DNA of 64,000 bases, from NCBI GenBank assembly GCA_951406725.2, contig OX597814.1, forward strand, positions 171,058,001 to 171,122,000, read 5' to 3'. The stretch's first letter is position 1. Each line of letters starts with the position of its first letter. The DNA comes from Octopus vulgaris. Taxonomy: Eukaryota. This document shows positions 12,871 to 26,622 of the stretch, one piece after another. The notes beneath the pieces were generated by a model that did not search any database, was not told where the DNA came from, and worked only from the letters and a program-made list of their open reading frames with translations. The translations under genes were made by a program, and so were the position numbers.

Positions 12871-13250
12871 TCTTTTATCTTTTACTTGTTCCAATCATTA
12901 GGCTGCAGCCATAGGGGCACCACCTTCAAGAAATTTTGTCGAACAAACTGAACCCAGTACATATTTATTTGAAGTCTAGATTTTATTCGATTGATCTCTT
13001 TTGCTGCAATAGTAGGCTACAGGGTCATAAACACACCAAAGCTAGTTGTCAAGCAGTAGTGGTGGCCAAACACAGACACAAAGACACACACAAACATGAA
13101 GAGCTTCTTTCAGTTTCCATCTACCAAATCCACTCACAAGGCTTTGGTTGGTCAGAGGCTAAAAAATGGAAGACACTTGCCCATAGTGCCAAGCAGTGGG
13201 ACCGAATTTGGAACTGGTAAGAAACTTCTTACTACAAATCCATGTCTGTG
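12871..13250 (-). mobile_element. Family A SINE, diverged
   Basis: cttttacttgtt..gcttctttcagtttccatctaccaaatccactcacaaggc. Confidence 0.8.
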
Positions 13251-14905
13251 CTTATGGACTAGTAATTTATTTCTCTATACAGAAAGAATGAGAGACAAAG
13301 TTGACCTCTGCATGATTCCAGCACAGTGAGTTGGACCAGACCATTTGGATAACAATTCTACCAACTCCACATGTATGTGTGTGCAAGCTGGTAAGAAATG
13401 TGTTGAAAACACCCTTTTGTTTATATGTATACATGTAGCCCACTCCATAAGGTGGTGTTAACTGTAAAAACCCTGCCAAAACAGACAATGAAATCTGGTG
13501 CAGTCTTCTGCCTAGCTAGCCCTTGTCAAACCCTCCAAGCCATGCCGGCATGGGAAATGGACGTTAAATGATGATGATGATGATACATGTGGGCATGTTT
13601 ATATTCCCTTGTCCTATATATCAAGAGATGGCAATATATGGCCTCATGGTCATATGCACAAGCATGTTCATTTCTCGGACTTCTGTGAAAAACGAGCCTC
13701 AGGTAAAAATATTACCTTACTTAGAATAGGGGAGGGGATCTGGTTATAGGAAATCTGTCACAACAAATGTCATATAACCTATAAAAGCATGGAAAAGGGG
13801 ACGCTAAATGATAATGCTAATATACATATAGTCACAATGAAGTTACTTAAACCTCTTATAGGGATATTTATCCAAGATACACTGGTCTAATATATCAAAT
13901 CTTGAAGAGAAAATTCTTCAATGAATATATTATATAGAATATCATAAAATATCAAACATTTTTAATTAGTTCGAAAACAGAGAGATCTGATGGATACAAA
14001 TTGATTTATTAATTAATCTACATATTCACCAGCAATTGTTTCATTTCATAAACAAAATTAAAATTACAAAACATATATAAATATATAATTTTGCAATTTT
14101 AATACCTTGTAGGGAAAATCATCAGGGTGTGCAGAGGACAATAAGGATTACATTAGGATATTTTTGGAATCCACAGACATGTTTACTATGTGTGGATGTA
14201 TACGTGCGTGTGTGTACGCATGCGTAAAAATTATTCCTTTCATTTCAATATTTATGAGTACAGAGTGCTCAATACATGTAGAGGATACAGTTTTTTTTTT
14301 CTCTTTCATTTAAAACTTAAACTCAAAACTTTCAGTTTTATGCCACTGGACACTCGAGCTTAAATGAAAGGAACAAAACTATATTCATACAAACAACACA
14401 CACAACAAAACACCTGTGCTCGTCTCTTTATCCATACTCTGGCTTCCCAACACCTGGCATTAAACCAACACCTCCTCTACTACACTCCGACTCAGTTGAA
14501 AGGGACTTCTTTAGCTTTTTGTCTTCTAAGTTAATTGGCAACTATTGCTAGTGTCATGAAAAAAAAAAAAAATAGCACACCGTACACTCGGCAAAATAGT
14601 TGGCATTAGGAAAGCCATCAATCAGCAAGACCATCCCAAAGCAGATTTTGGAGCACCGACACTAGCCTGTGAAACTTAACAAATCTATACCAGCGTGATG
14701 GTAATGCTTCTGTGTGTGTGTGTGTGTGTGTGTGGATATAATGGAATGAGAAAGTTAAACGATGATGATATTATATGTATATATGATGATATATCTATCT
14801 ATCTATATATATATATATATATGGAACCTTACTGATTTAATCCCAGTGGTGGTGCCCCAGCATGGTCGCGGCCTCCGGGCTAAAACATTTTAAAGGATTT
14901 TAAGG

Positions 14906-14941
<36 letters not shown>

Positions 14942-15121
14942 CATGTACAAGTATACGATGTGTGGGTTATAATGGAAAGAGGACGTTAAACGATGAAGAT
15001 TATATACATATATATATACACCACATATACAAATATTATACACACTTATATGTGTGTATGTATGCATGCATGTATGTGTGTGTGTGTGTATGTATATCGT
15101 TTTGGGGTTTGGTTTACAAAG

Positions 15122-15158
<37 letters not shown>

Positions 15159-15329
15159 CATACATACTCGTACACAAATAAGTATATCAAATTCATTTTT
15201 CTCGAGAATGCACCGTTTCCGAGCCCTTTCCAATCTCTGCCCGTATGTACCTATTTGGGGTTTTTTTTTTTTTTTCATAACCTATAAAAATATAGGCTAT
15301 TCTTTATTAATGTTAGTGTTTGCGCGCGC

Positions 15330-15377
<48 letters not shown>

Positions 15378-15557
15378 GCATGCATGCACACACAAAAAAA
15401 AAGAGAGAGTGAAATATAATAAACAACACACGCGCGCAAGAATTACCACAAAAGACAGACAAAATAACGCCAATATGCCAGAAATATGAATTCAGGTGGA
15501 AGACAAAAAAAGGAAAACGAAGTTATCTCCACTTTGACTGGACAATTAGAAAAAGAC

Positions 15558-15680
15558 AGAGCGAGCGAGCGAACGAAAGAGAGAGAGTGAGAGAACGAAA
15601 GAGAGAGAGAGAGAGAGTGAGAGAACGAAAGAGAGAGAGTGTGAGAACGAGAGAGAACGAGAGAGAGAAAGAGAGAGAGT
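15558..15680. repeat. Compound (GA)n/GAACGAAA repeat
   Basis: Read directly from the sequence. Confidence 0.85.
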
Positions 15681-16704
15681 ATTACTCTGTGTCATAGCTG
15701 AAATAACGATTTCTGTTAACAAGACAAGGCGACAACTTTGTAGAGTTGTACAGATAGTTCGCTAGGTAGCTGGCTGGTTGGCTGAATCGACAACTTGTAT
15801 TTCGTTGCATTACACACACTACCTAGATGACCAGAATTGCTAAAGGGGACTCGTTAGCGAATTCCCACCCACAATAAATTTTCAAACAAACCTCTCTCTA
15901 CAAACAATATAGAAGGATGGATGGGGGAAAAAAATGATTTAAATAAAATATGAACTACTACTTTTCTATCCGTCTCTTGTGCTTCCACAAGGCTACGCAC
16001 TCACACATACAATGCCAGGGCTTGTAAAACACACTTAAAAAATACATTTAATGCACACATACACACACGTATGTATACTGACACATGCTATATATTTTAT
16101 TCATATACACACTTCGCGTCACGAGTTAAACCCTAAATGTGTATATTACATCTTTCCCTCGTGTGTGCGTGTGTGTGTATGCATGTATAATATTACATAA
16201 ATATTTATACAAATACACAAATTTATATGTACTTAGTTTATTTACAGATTTTATATATATACACACAGAAATACATATATATATATATATACCCACACAC
16301 ACTCAAAACTATATAAAATTATATAAACATATACGCACGCATATGTATGTGTGTATTCCCACAAAAATATACGCACACAATACATATATACAAAGATATT
16401 AAATAAAATTGCACACAAACAGCATACACATATATAGGGCATCTATGTTATAAGTGCAACTATATAGCACCTAAGACAATTTGAGGAAGTGTAGCAGAGG
16501 ACTGGTGCGGATTTAAAACACATATGTACAGAATTTACTTGTGAATAAGTCTCATTATTTTATATGGATTTTAACAGGAAAAACTGGGGTCCGACTTAGA
16601 CATACATGGTGGGTCAAAGTTAAAATTATGACAGGAAAAATTTTATACTAGATGGATACATGAATAAATACGGTGAAATATATATGTACTTATATACACC
16701 GTAT

Positions 16705-16842
16705 ATGTGTCTCCTTGTTTCTTTCTGTGGAAGAGCGTAGGCTCGAAACGTTAAAGACTTTTTCACTTCCCGAGCGTTATACTAATATATTTGTTTGTTG
16801 TCTACACCACCTGTCTTCGTCTTTTTTGTGAATTCTCCCTAT
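16705..16842 (+). mobile_element. Penelope-like remnant (second subfamily) with minimal hammerhead-like motif
   Basis: TCTTT-CTGTGGA-A-GAGC-GTAG-GCTC-GAAA-C-GTT-AAAGA at 16720-16757; ends at a TA tract. Confidence 0.6.
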
Positions 16843-16928
16843 ATATAAATATATCTACACACATACACCTCAACGCGATGCTGCAGCATTGCCGCAGTCA
16901 AATGACAAGCAAAAGAATGAAATGTGCA

Positions 16929-16988
<60 letters not shown>

Positions 16989-17229
16989 GTAACTAATTTG
17001 GCATGTATATTAAATATGCATGTTGGACTGTGCCTTTAAGCTTCTTGTGAAACAAATCGTCTCCAATACTTTCTATCGGTGTGTTTTGCCGAACAGCTAA
17101 GTTATGGGGTCCTAAGCACACGAGCGCTGATTGTCAAGGGGTGCTAGGACACGTGTGTGTATATATATATATATATCCAAACAAGAAAACACAGAAAAAA
17201 ACAGCAACGCGAGGACGTGGAACAATTAA

Positions 17230-17276
<47 letters not shown>

Positions 17277-18208
17277 AGAGAGAGAGAGAGAAATAAACAC
17301 ACGCACTCATACAGCGGTCTTCCAGGATTTCTGTGCACCGTAATAATCATGCGTGTCCAATGTGCAGTGAAGCGAGGTGCCTAACAGCAACACCTTCGTG
17401 ATGGTTAACATTTCGCGCACCTTATTTAATATACACAGGAGTTATATATCAAAAATTTCATGCTCAAGTAACACAGTAATCGGACGGGCTTATATATAGC
17501 GTCCGGGGATTCCTCCTATCTGATCCACGCAGACAGGGTTGGGTCAGACATGGGAATACTTTGAAGATAATTTTCTACGGCCTTAAAGCTCTCTTCTTGT
17601 TGTCAATCATAACCGGTTTCCGAGCGGGGTAATACTTTTTCATGGCCAGACTCTTTTGTTTTTCTTTTTACGGAAGACTGAAAACGAACAATCCTCGTGT
17701 ACAACACACACACACACACAACGGGCTTCCTTCAAAAGTTTCCGCCTATCAAATCCACTCACCAAGCTTTTGATCGACTTGTGGGGGGGTACCGTAGAAG
17801 ACACTTACTTGCCCAAGATATCACACAGTGGGACTGAACCCGAAACGACATTTATGAGACAGAAGCTATTTATTTGTATATGAACCTAATATATATATCT
17901 TAAAGTGTCCTACTTAATTCGTTTATGATATTAGGGCTGCAGGATTTCTTGAAGGGTTTCCAGCATTCATATCGCCCCTCAGTACATATTAAGTTTGATA
18001 CTTAATCTATCACTGTGACAAAGGAAGGCGCACACATGCATAGGCACTACACATATGCAAATAAAAATCAACATACACACACACAAATATGTACATACAC
18101 TGGTCTTCGTTTTGGATGATTGATCAACTGAACTTCCCGCCTCAATGAATTATCGTGTATATTCTACAAGGCATGTGTATTCTTGGTGTAATTCGCGGGT
18201 GGAATCAA

Positions 18209-18569
18209 CGGCGATCCTTCGGAGTTTGTTCGGATATTTCCGTAAATTTAAAAAAAAATTCTTTGATATTTTTTCCGGCTGAATTACTTTTGTTTATTTA
18301 GGTGTCTGTGTACGTTATACGTATATGTGTTTATGTGCATGTATGTATATTTGTGTAAGTATATGTATGTGCTTATATGTACGTATGTATGTATACATAC
18401 GTATGCTTACATATATACAAATACACGCACATAAATCCACACGTTTTTTTGTTTTGATTTTTTTTTTTTTAATACGTGAACATAACCGATTGAGCTGGAA
18501 AAAAAAATTTTTTCAATAAAAGTTTTACGGAAATTGCCGAATAGTTTCAGTTTCGATATGCGATCGCCG
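18209..18569. mobile_element. Degenerate TIR element (MITE-like)
   Basis: CGGCGATC...GATCGCCG ends plus inner inverted match ttcggatatttccgtaaa / tttacggaaattgccgaa. Shares ggcgatccttcgg with the 20848 element. Confidence 0.5.
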
Positions 18570-18630
18570 AAAGAGTACCGAACCAGCACGAGACGATTTG
18601 TCAATGCTGGATCAAATGAATTTGATATTA

Positions 18631-18956
18631 GGCGCAGGAGTGGCTGTGTGGTAAGTAGCTTGCTAACCAACCACATGGTTCCGGGTTCAGTCCCACTGCG
18701 TGGCATCTTGGGCCGACCAAAGCCTTGTGAGTGGACTTGGTAGATGGAAACTGAAAGAAGCCTGTCGTATATATGTATATGTGTGTGTTTGTGTTTGTCC
18801 CCCATTGCTTGACAACCGATGCTGGTGTGTTTACGTCCCCGTCACTTAGCGGTTCGGCAAAAGTGACCGATAGAATAAGTACTGGGCTTACAAAGAACAA
18901 GTCCCGGGGTCAATTTGCCCGACTAAATGACTGAAACAAGTAAAAGAGTAAAGAGT
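18631..18956 (+). mobile_element. Family A SINE with internal deletions
   Basis: ggcgcaggagtggctgtgtggtaagtagc ... gaaacaagtaaaagag. Confidence 0.9.
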
Positions 18957-20847
18957 ATACGTATTTGTGTGCGGGTATATATGCATGTATGTGTGTGTGT
19001 GTGTGTGTGTGTGCCTTTGCAAACCAAATCCAAAAAATTTATTGATACTATTCCCCCGGTGAGCTTCTAAGCAGTTTCCGTCGACTCAGTTTCATAAAGT
19101 ATATATAGGTTGACCCAAGACACCATTCAGTGAAATTTGAAACTTGTACATATATATGTGTGTAAAAAAATACATGAAGTACAACTCGGATATTCCAGAA
19201 ACTATGGTTCCTAAGCAGTTCCGAATTAATAATTTTTCCAAACACCACCTGAATTATACAAATATTAAAAGAAAAAACCCAGCTATCTGTACATTAGGTA
19301 GCTGGGTTTTAACGAAGCTCCGGGACCTTCAGTATCCGGAAAGAGGTTCCGGACCTTTAGTATCCGGAAACTCTGTGCTGTACCTGCATTGCGTGTGTGT
19401 GTATGTATGAGAGATAGGGAGAGAGAGACACACACACACACACATATGCGCATGCATACCTAAACAAGTATGTCCCCGACTTTATTTCTTCGTAATTTTC
19501 AGCAAAATACAATATATTTTGATGAAATTTTATACAAATACTTTTCAAAATTACGATTATATTTAAATCTAGGGTATAAAAAATAAAAATGGTGGGTACT
19601 GTATGTGTGCATGTATGCGCGCCATACTAATATTTTTTCCAAATTAAATTCCGGATAATAACCCTAATATATACACACCTTTTGAAAAATATTTGTATGA
19701 AATTTCATTTAAAAAAAAAAAAAAAAATCCCCCTCCCCATTTTGTCCCAAATTTATTTATTTTGTAATTTTTTTTTGCCAAAACTCCCCCATTTTCGGAG
19801 ACGGAGGTTCCGGATAATTGTCAAAAAAATCGGCATTGTGAAATTTCCCCCTTCCCTTTCCCCCCAACTTCTTCAATTTTGACATTTTTACCCAACACTA
19901 ACCCTAAAACCCTAACCGTAATCCTAACCCTAAAACCCTAACCGTAAGAACAGAAATGTTTTGAAATTTTTGTCCGAATCGTGATGTCCGTTTTTTTCCG
20001 CAATATTTAGAAAAGAAAAGAATTCTTGAAAAAAACATTTAACAAAGATTTTGGGAAATTTTTTTCAGAATCATAATCTCCGTATTTTCCCGCATATTAT
20101 GAAAAAAAAAATAATAAATAAATAAATAAATAATAATTCTGAAAAAGGTTAAAAATGAAGGAAATGGGGTGGGGGTAATTTAGAAATGTCGATTTTTGCC
20201 AATTATTTTGCAGATTCGTATTCCCAGTAGCCGGTGGGGGGGGGGGGGGGAATTGTGTCGAAAAAGAAATTTTTTTAAGGGTGGTTTTTTGGGTGGGGGG
20301 ACGGGTGGAAGTTTTGTCAATCTCTGTTTTATGGAGAGTTTATGAGTAAACCAAAAATCGGGGTGAAGTGGGGAGCAAACTTGAGTACGTGCGCTTTAGA
20401 AGTTGCGTAGTTTCATGTTTTTTTTTGTTTCTTTTTTTTTATTTTTTACTGAATGCGGTATCTCTTCGGGTAGATTGCATTTAAAAAAGAAAAGAAAGTA
20501 AATAAATAGACAGACAGCATTTTGGGCGTTCTCTGTACCCTCAAAATTTATCGTCTCTGGGCGATTTTAAGTATATACTTTTATACATGTGCATGTATAT
20601 ATATATATATATATATAACAAAAATCCTCGCATTTGATAGGCGGAAGCGACAGATGCAGTTATTATTAATACCAAAAGGTAATATTTATCCCCACTTCAA
20701 AGTGGATTTTAAGATGGGGATAAATAACACATTTATACACGCTCACAAGTATATACTTGTCTTTGTTACCCACCCACTAGCTCTTGACAACCGGTGCTGG
20801 TTTATTTACCTCACTAGAAACTTAGCGATTCAGCATGAGACCGATAG

Positions 20848-21009
20848 GGCGATCCTTCGGTATAGGTACACACGTGACTTTGTTTACATTTCTGAAGAGA
20901 AACCCTTTTCTCCCACTCCTAGCCCTAACACAAACCCTAACCCCTCCTCCATATATAAAAAAAAAACACTTTCTTGGAATGTATCCGGTACTTATACCGA
21001 AGTTACACC
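20848..21009. mobile_element. Mini TIR element with internal CCCTAA motifs, inserted in a family A SINE
   Basis: cttcggtataggtac (20855-20869) / gtacttataccgaag (20988-21002); TA on both flanks; internal ccctaacacaaaccctaaccc. Confidence 0.55.
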
Positions 21010-21010
21010 T

Positions 21011-21044
21011 AATAATAATAATGATGATTATAATGATAATAATA

Positions 21045-21076
<32 letters not shown>

Positions 21077-21185
21077 AATAATGATAATAATGATGATGAT
21101 AATAATAATGATAATAATAATAATGATAATAATTATAATGATAATAATAATTATAATGATAATAATGATGATGATGATGATGATA
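21011..21185. repeat. (AAT)n/(GAT)n compound microsatellite
   Basis: Read directly; source of the poly-N/D, poly-I and poly-M ORFs. Confidence 0.95.
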
Positions 21186-21764
21186 AAAGCAAAGTACAGT
21201 TCGACTAAATCCATTTAAGTGATGCCCCAGCGTGGCCGTAGTCCAATGATTGAAACAAACATAAAAATAAATTCACCACATTATGGGAGGGTCAACTATT
21301 GGACTTAAAAATCTATCTATTGATTGGCTCGGCGCGAATTTATATATATCTGCTTTTTTTTTTATTCATAAATATATTTAGAGAAACTAAAACATACATA
21401 TATATATATATATATTATGTGGACGCATGTATACACACACACACACACACACACAATACGTGCATACATATGCATGCACACAAATGCATCTGGTAGTTGT
21501 TGCCAGGCATATATTATTTATATAGTCTCCTGACTTACAAAAAAAGACGGAACAGGAAGTAGATATGGGACACGTGACAAAAACATCCTGTTCAAGGAAC
21601 TGACTTTTCTTTCGTTTCTCTCTCTCTCTCTCGCTGACATAACAAAACTAGGTTAATTGTATCTATGTGTATATAGATAGGTACATACACACACATTTAT
21701 GCGTCTACGTATAAGCACAATATGTACATGTATGTATGCGCACACGAGTATATATATGTCTTAA

Positions 21765-21957
21765 GCTTTTTACTCGTTTCAGTCATTGGGCTGCGGTCAT
21801 GCTAGGGCACAACTTTGTAGGGTTTAGTTAAACAAAGGGACCCCCGCCCCCAACAATTTTTTTCCACTTCATAACTTCGCACTTACTCCATCTGTTTTTG
21901 TTGCTGAACAGCAAAGTTACGGGGGACGTAAACAAACCTGCCTTGGTTGTCGTATAC

Positions 21958-21989
<32 letters not shown>

Positions 21990-22110
21990 TGCATGTGTTT
22001 CCGCCTACGCATCCACACGCAAAATTTCTGATGCCTCAAGGTGTTGCGTAGTGAAAGTGAACCCAAGACCACATGTTTGAAAAGCACGCTTCTAACCACA
22101 TAGCCACTCC
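21765..22110 (-). mobile_element. Family A SINE, diverged
   Basis: ttttactcgtttcagtcattgggctgcggtcatgc .. accacatagccactcc. Confidence 0.7.
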
Positions 22111-22136
22111 AGCGCATGTGTGTGTGTATATATATG

Positions 22137-22272
22137 TGACTTTGCCTTTCATCCTTTCGGGGTCGATAAATAAAGTACCAGTTACACACTGGGGTCGATG
22201 TAATCGACTTAATCCGTTTGTCTGTCCTTGTTTGTCCCCTCTATGTTTAACCCCCTGTGGGCAATAAAGAAA
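22137..22272 (+). mobile_element. Family B SINE 3' half
   Basis: gactttgcctttcatcctttcggggtcgataaataaagtaccag .. caataaagaaat. Confidence 0.85.
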
Positions 22273-22346
22273 TATATATATATATATATATATATATAGT
22301 AAAAAAGGATTTCATATATGTATATGAATATATATAGTAAAAAAGG

Positions 22347-22380
<34 letters not shown>

Positions 22381-22655
22381 CCTTTTTTACTATCTATATT
22401 CAAATACATATATGAAATCCTTTATATATATATATATATATATATATAATCCTTTTTTACTATCTATATTCAAATACATATATGAAATCCTTTATATATA
22501 TATATATACTTTATTTTAAGCATATTACTCTACCACTGGTATTTGAGTACTCTTTTTTCCACCTTGTTTCACATTTATGTGTTTACTCCGGTATATATAT
22601 ATATATATATATAATCCTTTTTTACTATCTATATTCAAATACATATATGAAATCC

Positions 22656-22708
<53 letters not shown>

Positions 22709-23457
22709 GTATATATAGTAAAAAAGGATTATATATATGGGTATATTTTATTTGTTTGTCATTTGACTGCGGCTATGCTGGAGCACCACCTTTAGTCGAG
22801 CAAATCGGCCCCAGGACCTATTCTTTGTAAGCAGAGTACTTATTCTATCGGTGTCTTTTGCCGAACCACTAGGTTACGGGGACGTAAACACACCAGCATC
22901 GGTTGTCAAGCGATGTTGAGGGGGTGGGGAACACAGACACACAAACGTATATATATAAATACACACACACACGACGGGCTTCTTTCAGTTTCCGTCTAAT
23001 ATATATATATATATATATAGGATTTCATATATATATATAAAGTAAAAAAAAAAAAAAGATTTCATACGAAGATTATATATATATATACATTCACACACAT
23101 ACACATAATTACGCTTAAGTGTAAAATTCAGATGTATGTTAAATTCTAAATTAAAAATAAACCAATGAATTAATTTAGTATAGACGGGTGACAGAGAAAC
23201 AATTATGCGTGTACATGTGTGTGTATGTGTGTGAATATTCTATACGTAAACTAAATTTTCTCAGCTACCATTTATAACTTCATTGCCACTGCCAGTCACA
23301 CAAAGGAATTCATCCACAAATGTGACGATATTTGTAGCGAAATGGTACTGTTATATTATTGCATTTTTATCATTCACATCTTTTTGCAAATGATTATCCT
23401 AACTGCGATTGTCATCCATCTACACTCATATCTATACATCACACCTTCGGTAGATAT

Positions 23458-23660
23458 ACTCTTTTACTTGTTTCAGTCATTTGACTGCGGCCATGCTGGT
23501 GCACCGCCTTTTAGTCGAGCAAATCGACCCCGGGACTTATTCTTTATAAGCCCAGTACTTATTCTATCGGTCTCTTTTGCCGAACCGCTAAGTGACGGGG
23601 ACGTAAACACACCAGCATCGGTTGTCAATCAATGATAGGGGGACAAACACAGACACACAA

Positions 23661-23718
<58 letters not shown>

Positions 23719-23881
23719 GACAGGCTTCTTTCAGTTTCCGTCTACCAAATCCACTCACAAGGCATTTGGTCGGCCCGGGGCTATAGTAGAAGACACTTGC
23801 CCAAGATGCCACGCAGTGGGACTGAACCCGGAACCATGTGGTTGGTTAGCAAGCTACTTACCACACAGCCACTCCTGCGCC
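23458..23881 (-). mobile_element. Family A SINE, full length
   Basis: Near-identical to the 7664-8081 copy. Confidence 0.92.
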
Positions 23882-24368
23882 TATATAGAAACATTTAAAA
23901 ATAATTTTGTTCTCAACCACCTCAGACCGCCCTAGGTCTTTTGATACAAACCTTATTCTATTGTTTAAAGTGATCAAAATTATAATCTTTCATCAAAATT
24001 CTATACTAATTTAGACATCAGCTTAATAATGAGAAATTTAATCTTTAATAATTAGGTAGTCATTTTTTTTTTTTTTTTACTAAATTCTTCAGGATTTTAA
24101 AAATTGAATGAACAACCAAACACAGTATGTAATGTGTCAAAAGAAATATGGTAAATGGGTATAAACGAGTCCGGGCGCATAACCTCTGGTAACACGAAGC
24201 TTCGAGAGAAAACTGATGAATACGTAAATGTAAATAAATCTGTGTTGTTTATTTAAAAGCATTTGCTGACGGTGTGAGACCGAACTAACGTAGAATCAAA
24301 CCAGGAGACAAGAAAATAGGCGAAGCTTTTAAAAGCCCAGCCACTTTATCGTCACTTTATATGTATAT

Positions 24369-24767
24369 ACTCTTTTACTCTTTTACATGTTTCAGTCATT
24401 TGACTGCGGCCATGCTGGAGCACCGCCTTTAGTCGAGCAACTCGACCCCAGGACTTATTCTTTGTAAGCCCAGTACTTATTCTATCGGTCTCTTTTTGCC
24501 GAACCGCTAAGTTACGGGGACGTAAACACACCAGCATCGGTTGTCAAGCAATGCTAGGGGTACAAACACAGACACACAAACACATACATACATATACATA
24601 TATACGACAGGCTTCTTTCAGTTTCCGTCTACCAAATCCACTCACAAGGCATTGGTCGGGCCGGGCCTATAGCAGAAGACACTTGCCCAAGATTCCACGC
24701 AGTGGGACTGAACCCGGAACCATGTGGTTGGTAAGCAAGCTACTTACCACACAGCCACTCCTGCGCC
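24369..24767 (-). mobile_element. Family A SINE, full length
   Basis: Near-identical to the other young family A copies. Confidence 0.92.
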
Positions 24768-24964
24768 TATGTTCTACTTGTTTCAGTTACTGGATTGCGG
24801 CCCATGCTGGGGCACCGCCTTGAAGGGTTTAGTCGAACAAATCAACCCCCAGCAGTTTTTTTTCTTCAAAGTCTGGTACTTATTCTATAGGTCTCCTTTA
24901 CCGAGCCAGCACTGGTTTGTCAAGCTTATATGTTGTGTGTGTGGGGGGGATATTAAATCCGTCT

Positions 24965-25005
<41 letters not shown>

Positions 25006-25264
25006 TACATGTAACCATGCACAGACATTATATACATACATGTAATCGTTGAATCACCGAGTATAAATTATTCATGTATTTAGATGAATAAATTTATACA
25101 CGTTCGTGTATTTGTGTAAATATATACACACACGTGTATAAATATAAATGTGCAAACATACATGACGATAGATAGATAGATAGATGGATGGATAGATAGA
25201 TAGATGGATGGATGGATGGACAGACGGACGGATAGATAGATATGACATCTATACATTTTTTTTT

Positions 25265-25647
25265 TCTTTTACTTGTTTCAGTCATTTGACTGCGGCCATG
25301 CTGGAGCACCGCCTTTAGTCGAGCAAATCGACCCCGCGACTTATTCTTTATAAGCCCAGTACTTATTCTATCGGTCTCTTTTTGCCGAACCGCTAAGTAA
25401 CGGGGACGTAAACACACCAGCATCGGTTGTCAAGCAATGCTAGGGGGACAAACACAGACACACAAACACACACACGTACATATATACGACAGGCTTCTTT
25501 CAGTTTCCGTCTACCAAATCCACTCACAAAGCATTGGTCGGCCCGGGGCTATAGCAGAAGACACTTGCCCAAGATGCCACGCAGTGGGACTGAACCCGGA
25601 ACTGTGGTTGGTTAGCAAGCTACTTACCACACAGCCACTCCTACGCC
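25265..25647 (-). mobile_element. Family A SINE, full length
   Basis: Near-identical to the other young family A copies. Confidence 0.92.
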
Positions 25648-25981
25648 ATACATGTGTATGCTTTTTCAAATCTATGTTGATAAACAGTTCTGTGTCGTGT
25701 TTTCTATAAAACAATTATAATGATCCACTCTATAGACACGCATACAATGAAACGGTTTCGCAAGACATGCTGGGAAGAGGGGAGTTTACCTAAAATGTAT
25801 TTAAACAGAACTAAGGGCTAAATGGAATAAGCAAAAAATGGAGCAGTAAAAGAGTTTTTGCACAATCGCTCGACCGGTGAGAAACGGCAATCAAAATCTC
25901 CCATGAATATTATACCCAACCATATAAAAAAAAATAGGGGTGGGGAGAGGACAAATTCAATAACATAGTACTACTAACATA

Positions 25982-26355
25982 GGCGCAGTCGTGGCTGTGT
26001 GGTAAGAAGCTTGCTTCCCAGCTCCATGATTCCCTTGGCCAAGGGTCTCTACTATAGCCTCGGAAAAATCACACGTATAGGTGTCATATCTATCTATCTA
26101 TCTATCTACCTACCTACCTATTTATCTACCTATCTATCTACCTATCTTTCTATCTATGTGTGTGTCTGTCTGTTCTTCGGTCACTGCTTGACAACCCGTG
26201 TTTGTGTGTACGTCACCGTAACTTAGCGGTCGGCAAAAGAGACCGATACTAAACTTTAAAAAAAAGTCCTGGGGTTGGTTTGTTCGACTAAAATCCTTCA
26301 AGGCGGCGCTATACAGTATGGCCGCAGTCAAATGACTGAAAAAGATATAAAAGAT
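25982..26355 (+). mobile_element. Family A SINE, diverged and partly deleted
   Basis: ggcgcagtcgtggctgtgtggtaag .. gtatggccgcagtcaaatgactga. Confidence 0.75.
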
Positions 26356-26622
26356 ACAAAAAGCAGCTCACCACCCGCCCCGGGCCGCGAATGCTTTTTC
26401 CCACGAGAGTTCCGGACCTCAGTTATGAACTCATTTGCATACAGCCTATCAGGAGCTCAAAATCCTTCAAGGCGGCGCTACAGTATGGCCGCAGTCAAAT
26501 GACTGACAAAAGGTAAAAGATACGTAAAGCAGCCCACCCACCCCGGGTCGCGAATGCTTTTTCCCACGAGAGTTCCGGACCCCAGTTATGAACTCATTTG
26601 CATACAGCCTATCAGGAGCTCA
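26291..26622 (+). repeat. Tandem duplication (~165 bp) spanning a SINE tail and an octamer-containing element end
   Basis: aatccttcaaggcggcgcta..cgcgaatgctttttcccacgagagttccggac..catttgcatacagcctatcaggagctcaa occurs twice. Confidence 0.9.

Noticed and set aside
18631-18705. tRNA-like sequences at SINE heads (here and in all family A, B and D copies)
   Set aside because: They continue into SINE bodies with no intact cloverleaf; not tRNA genes.
19900-19946. Interstitial telomere or chromosome fusion scar
   Set aside because: Only a few imperfect units inside a TIR-bounded element, with no head-to-head arrays.
20522-21218. 228-aa ORF with N/D-rich tail and poly-I/poly-M ORFs
   Set aside because: Made of SINE and MITE sequence plus (AAT)/(GAT) repeats; no splice signals or domain.
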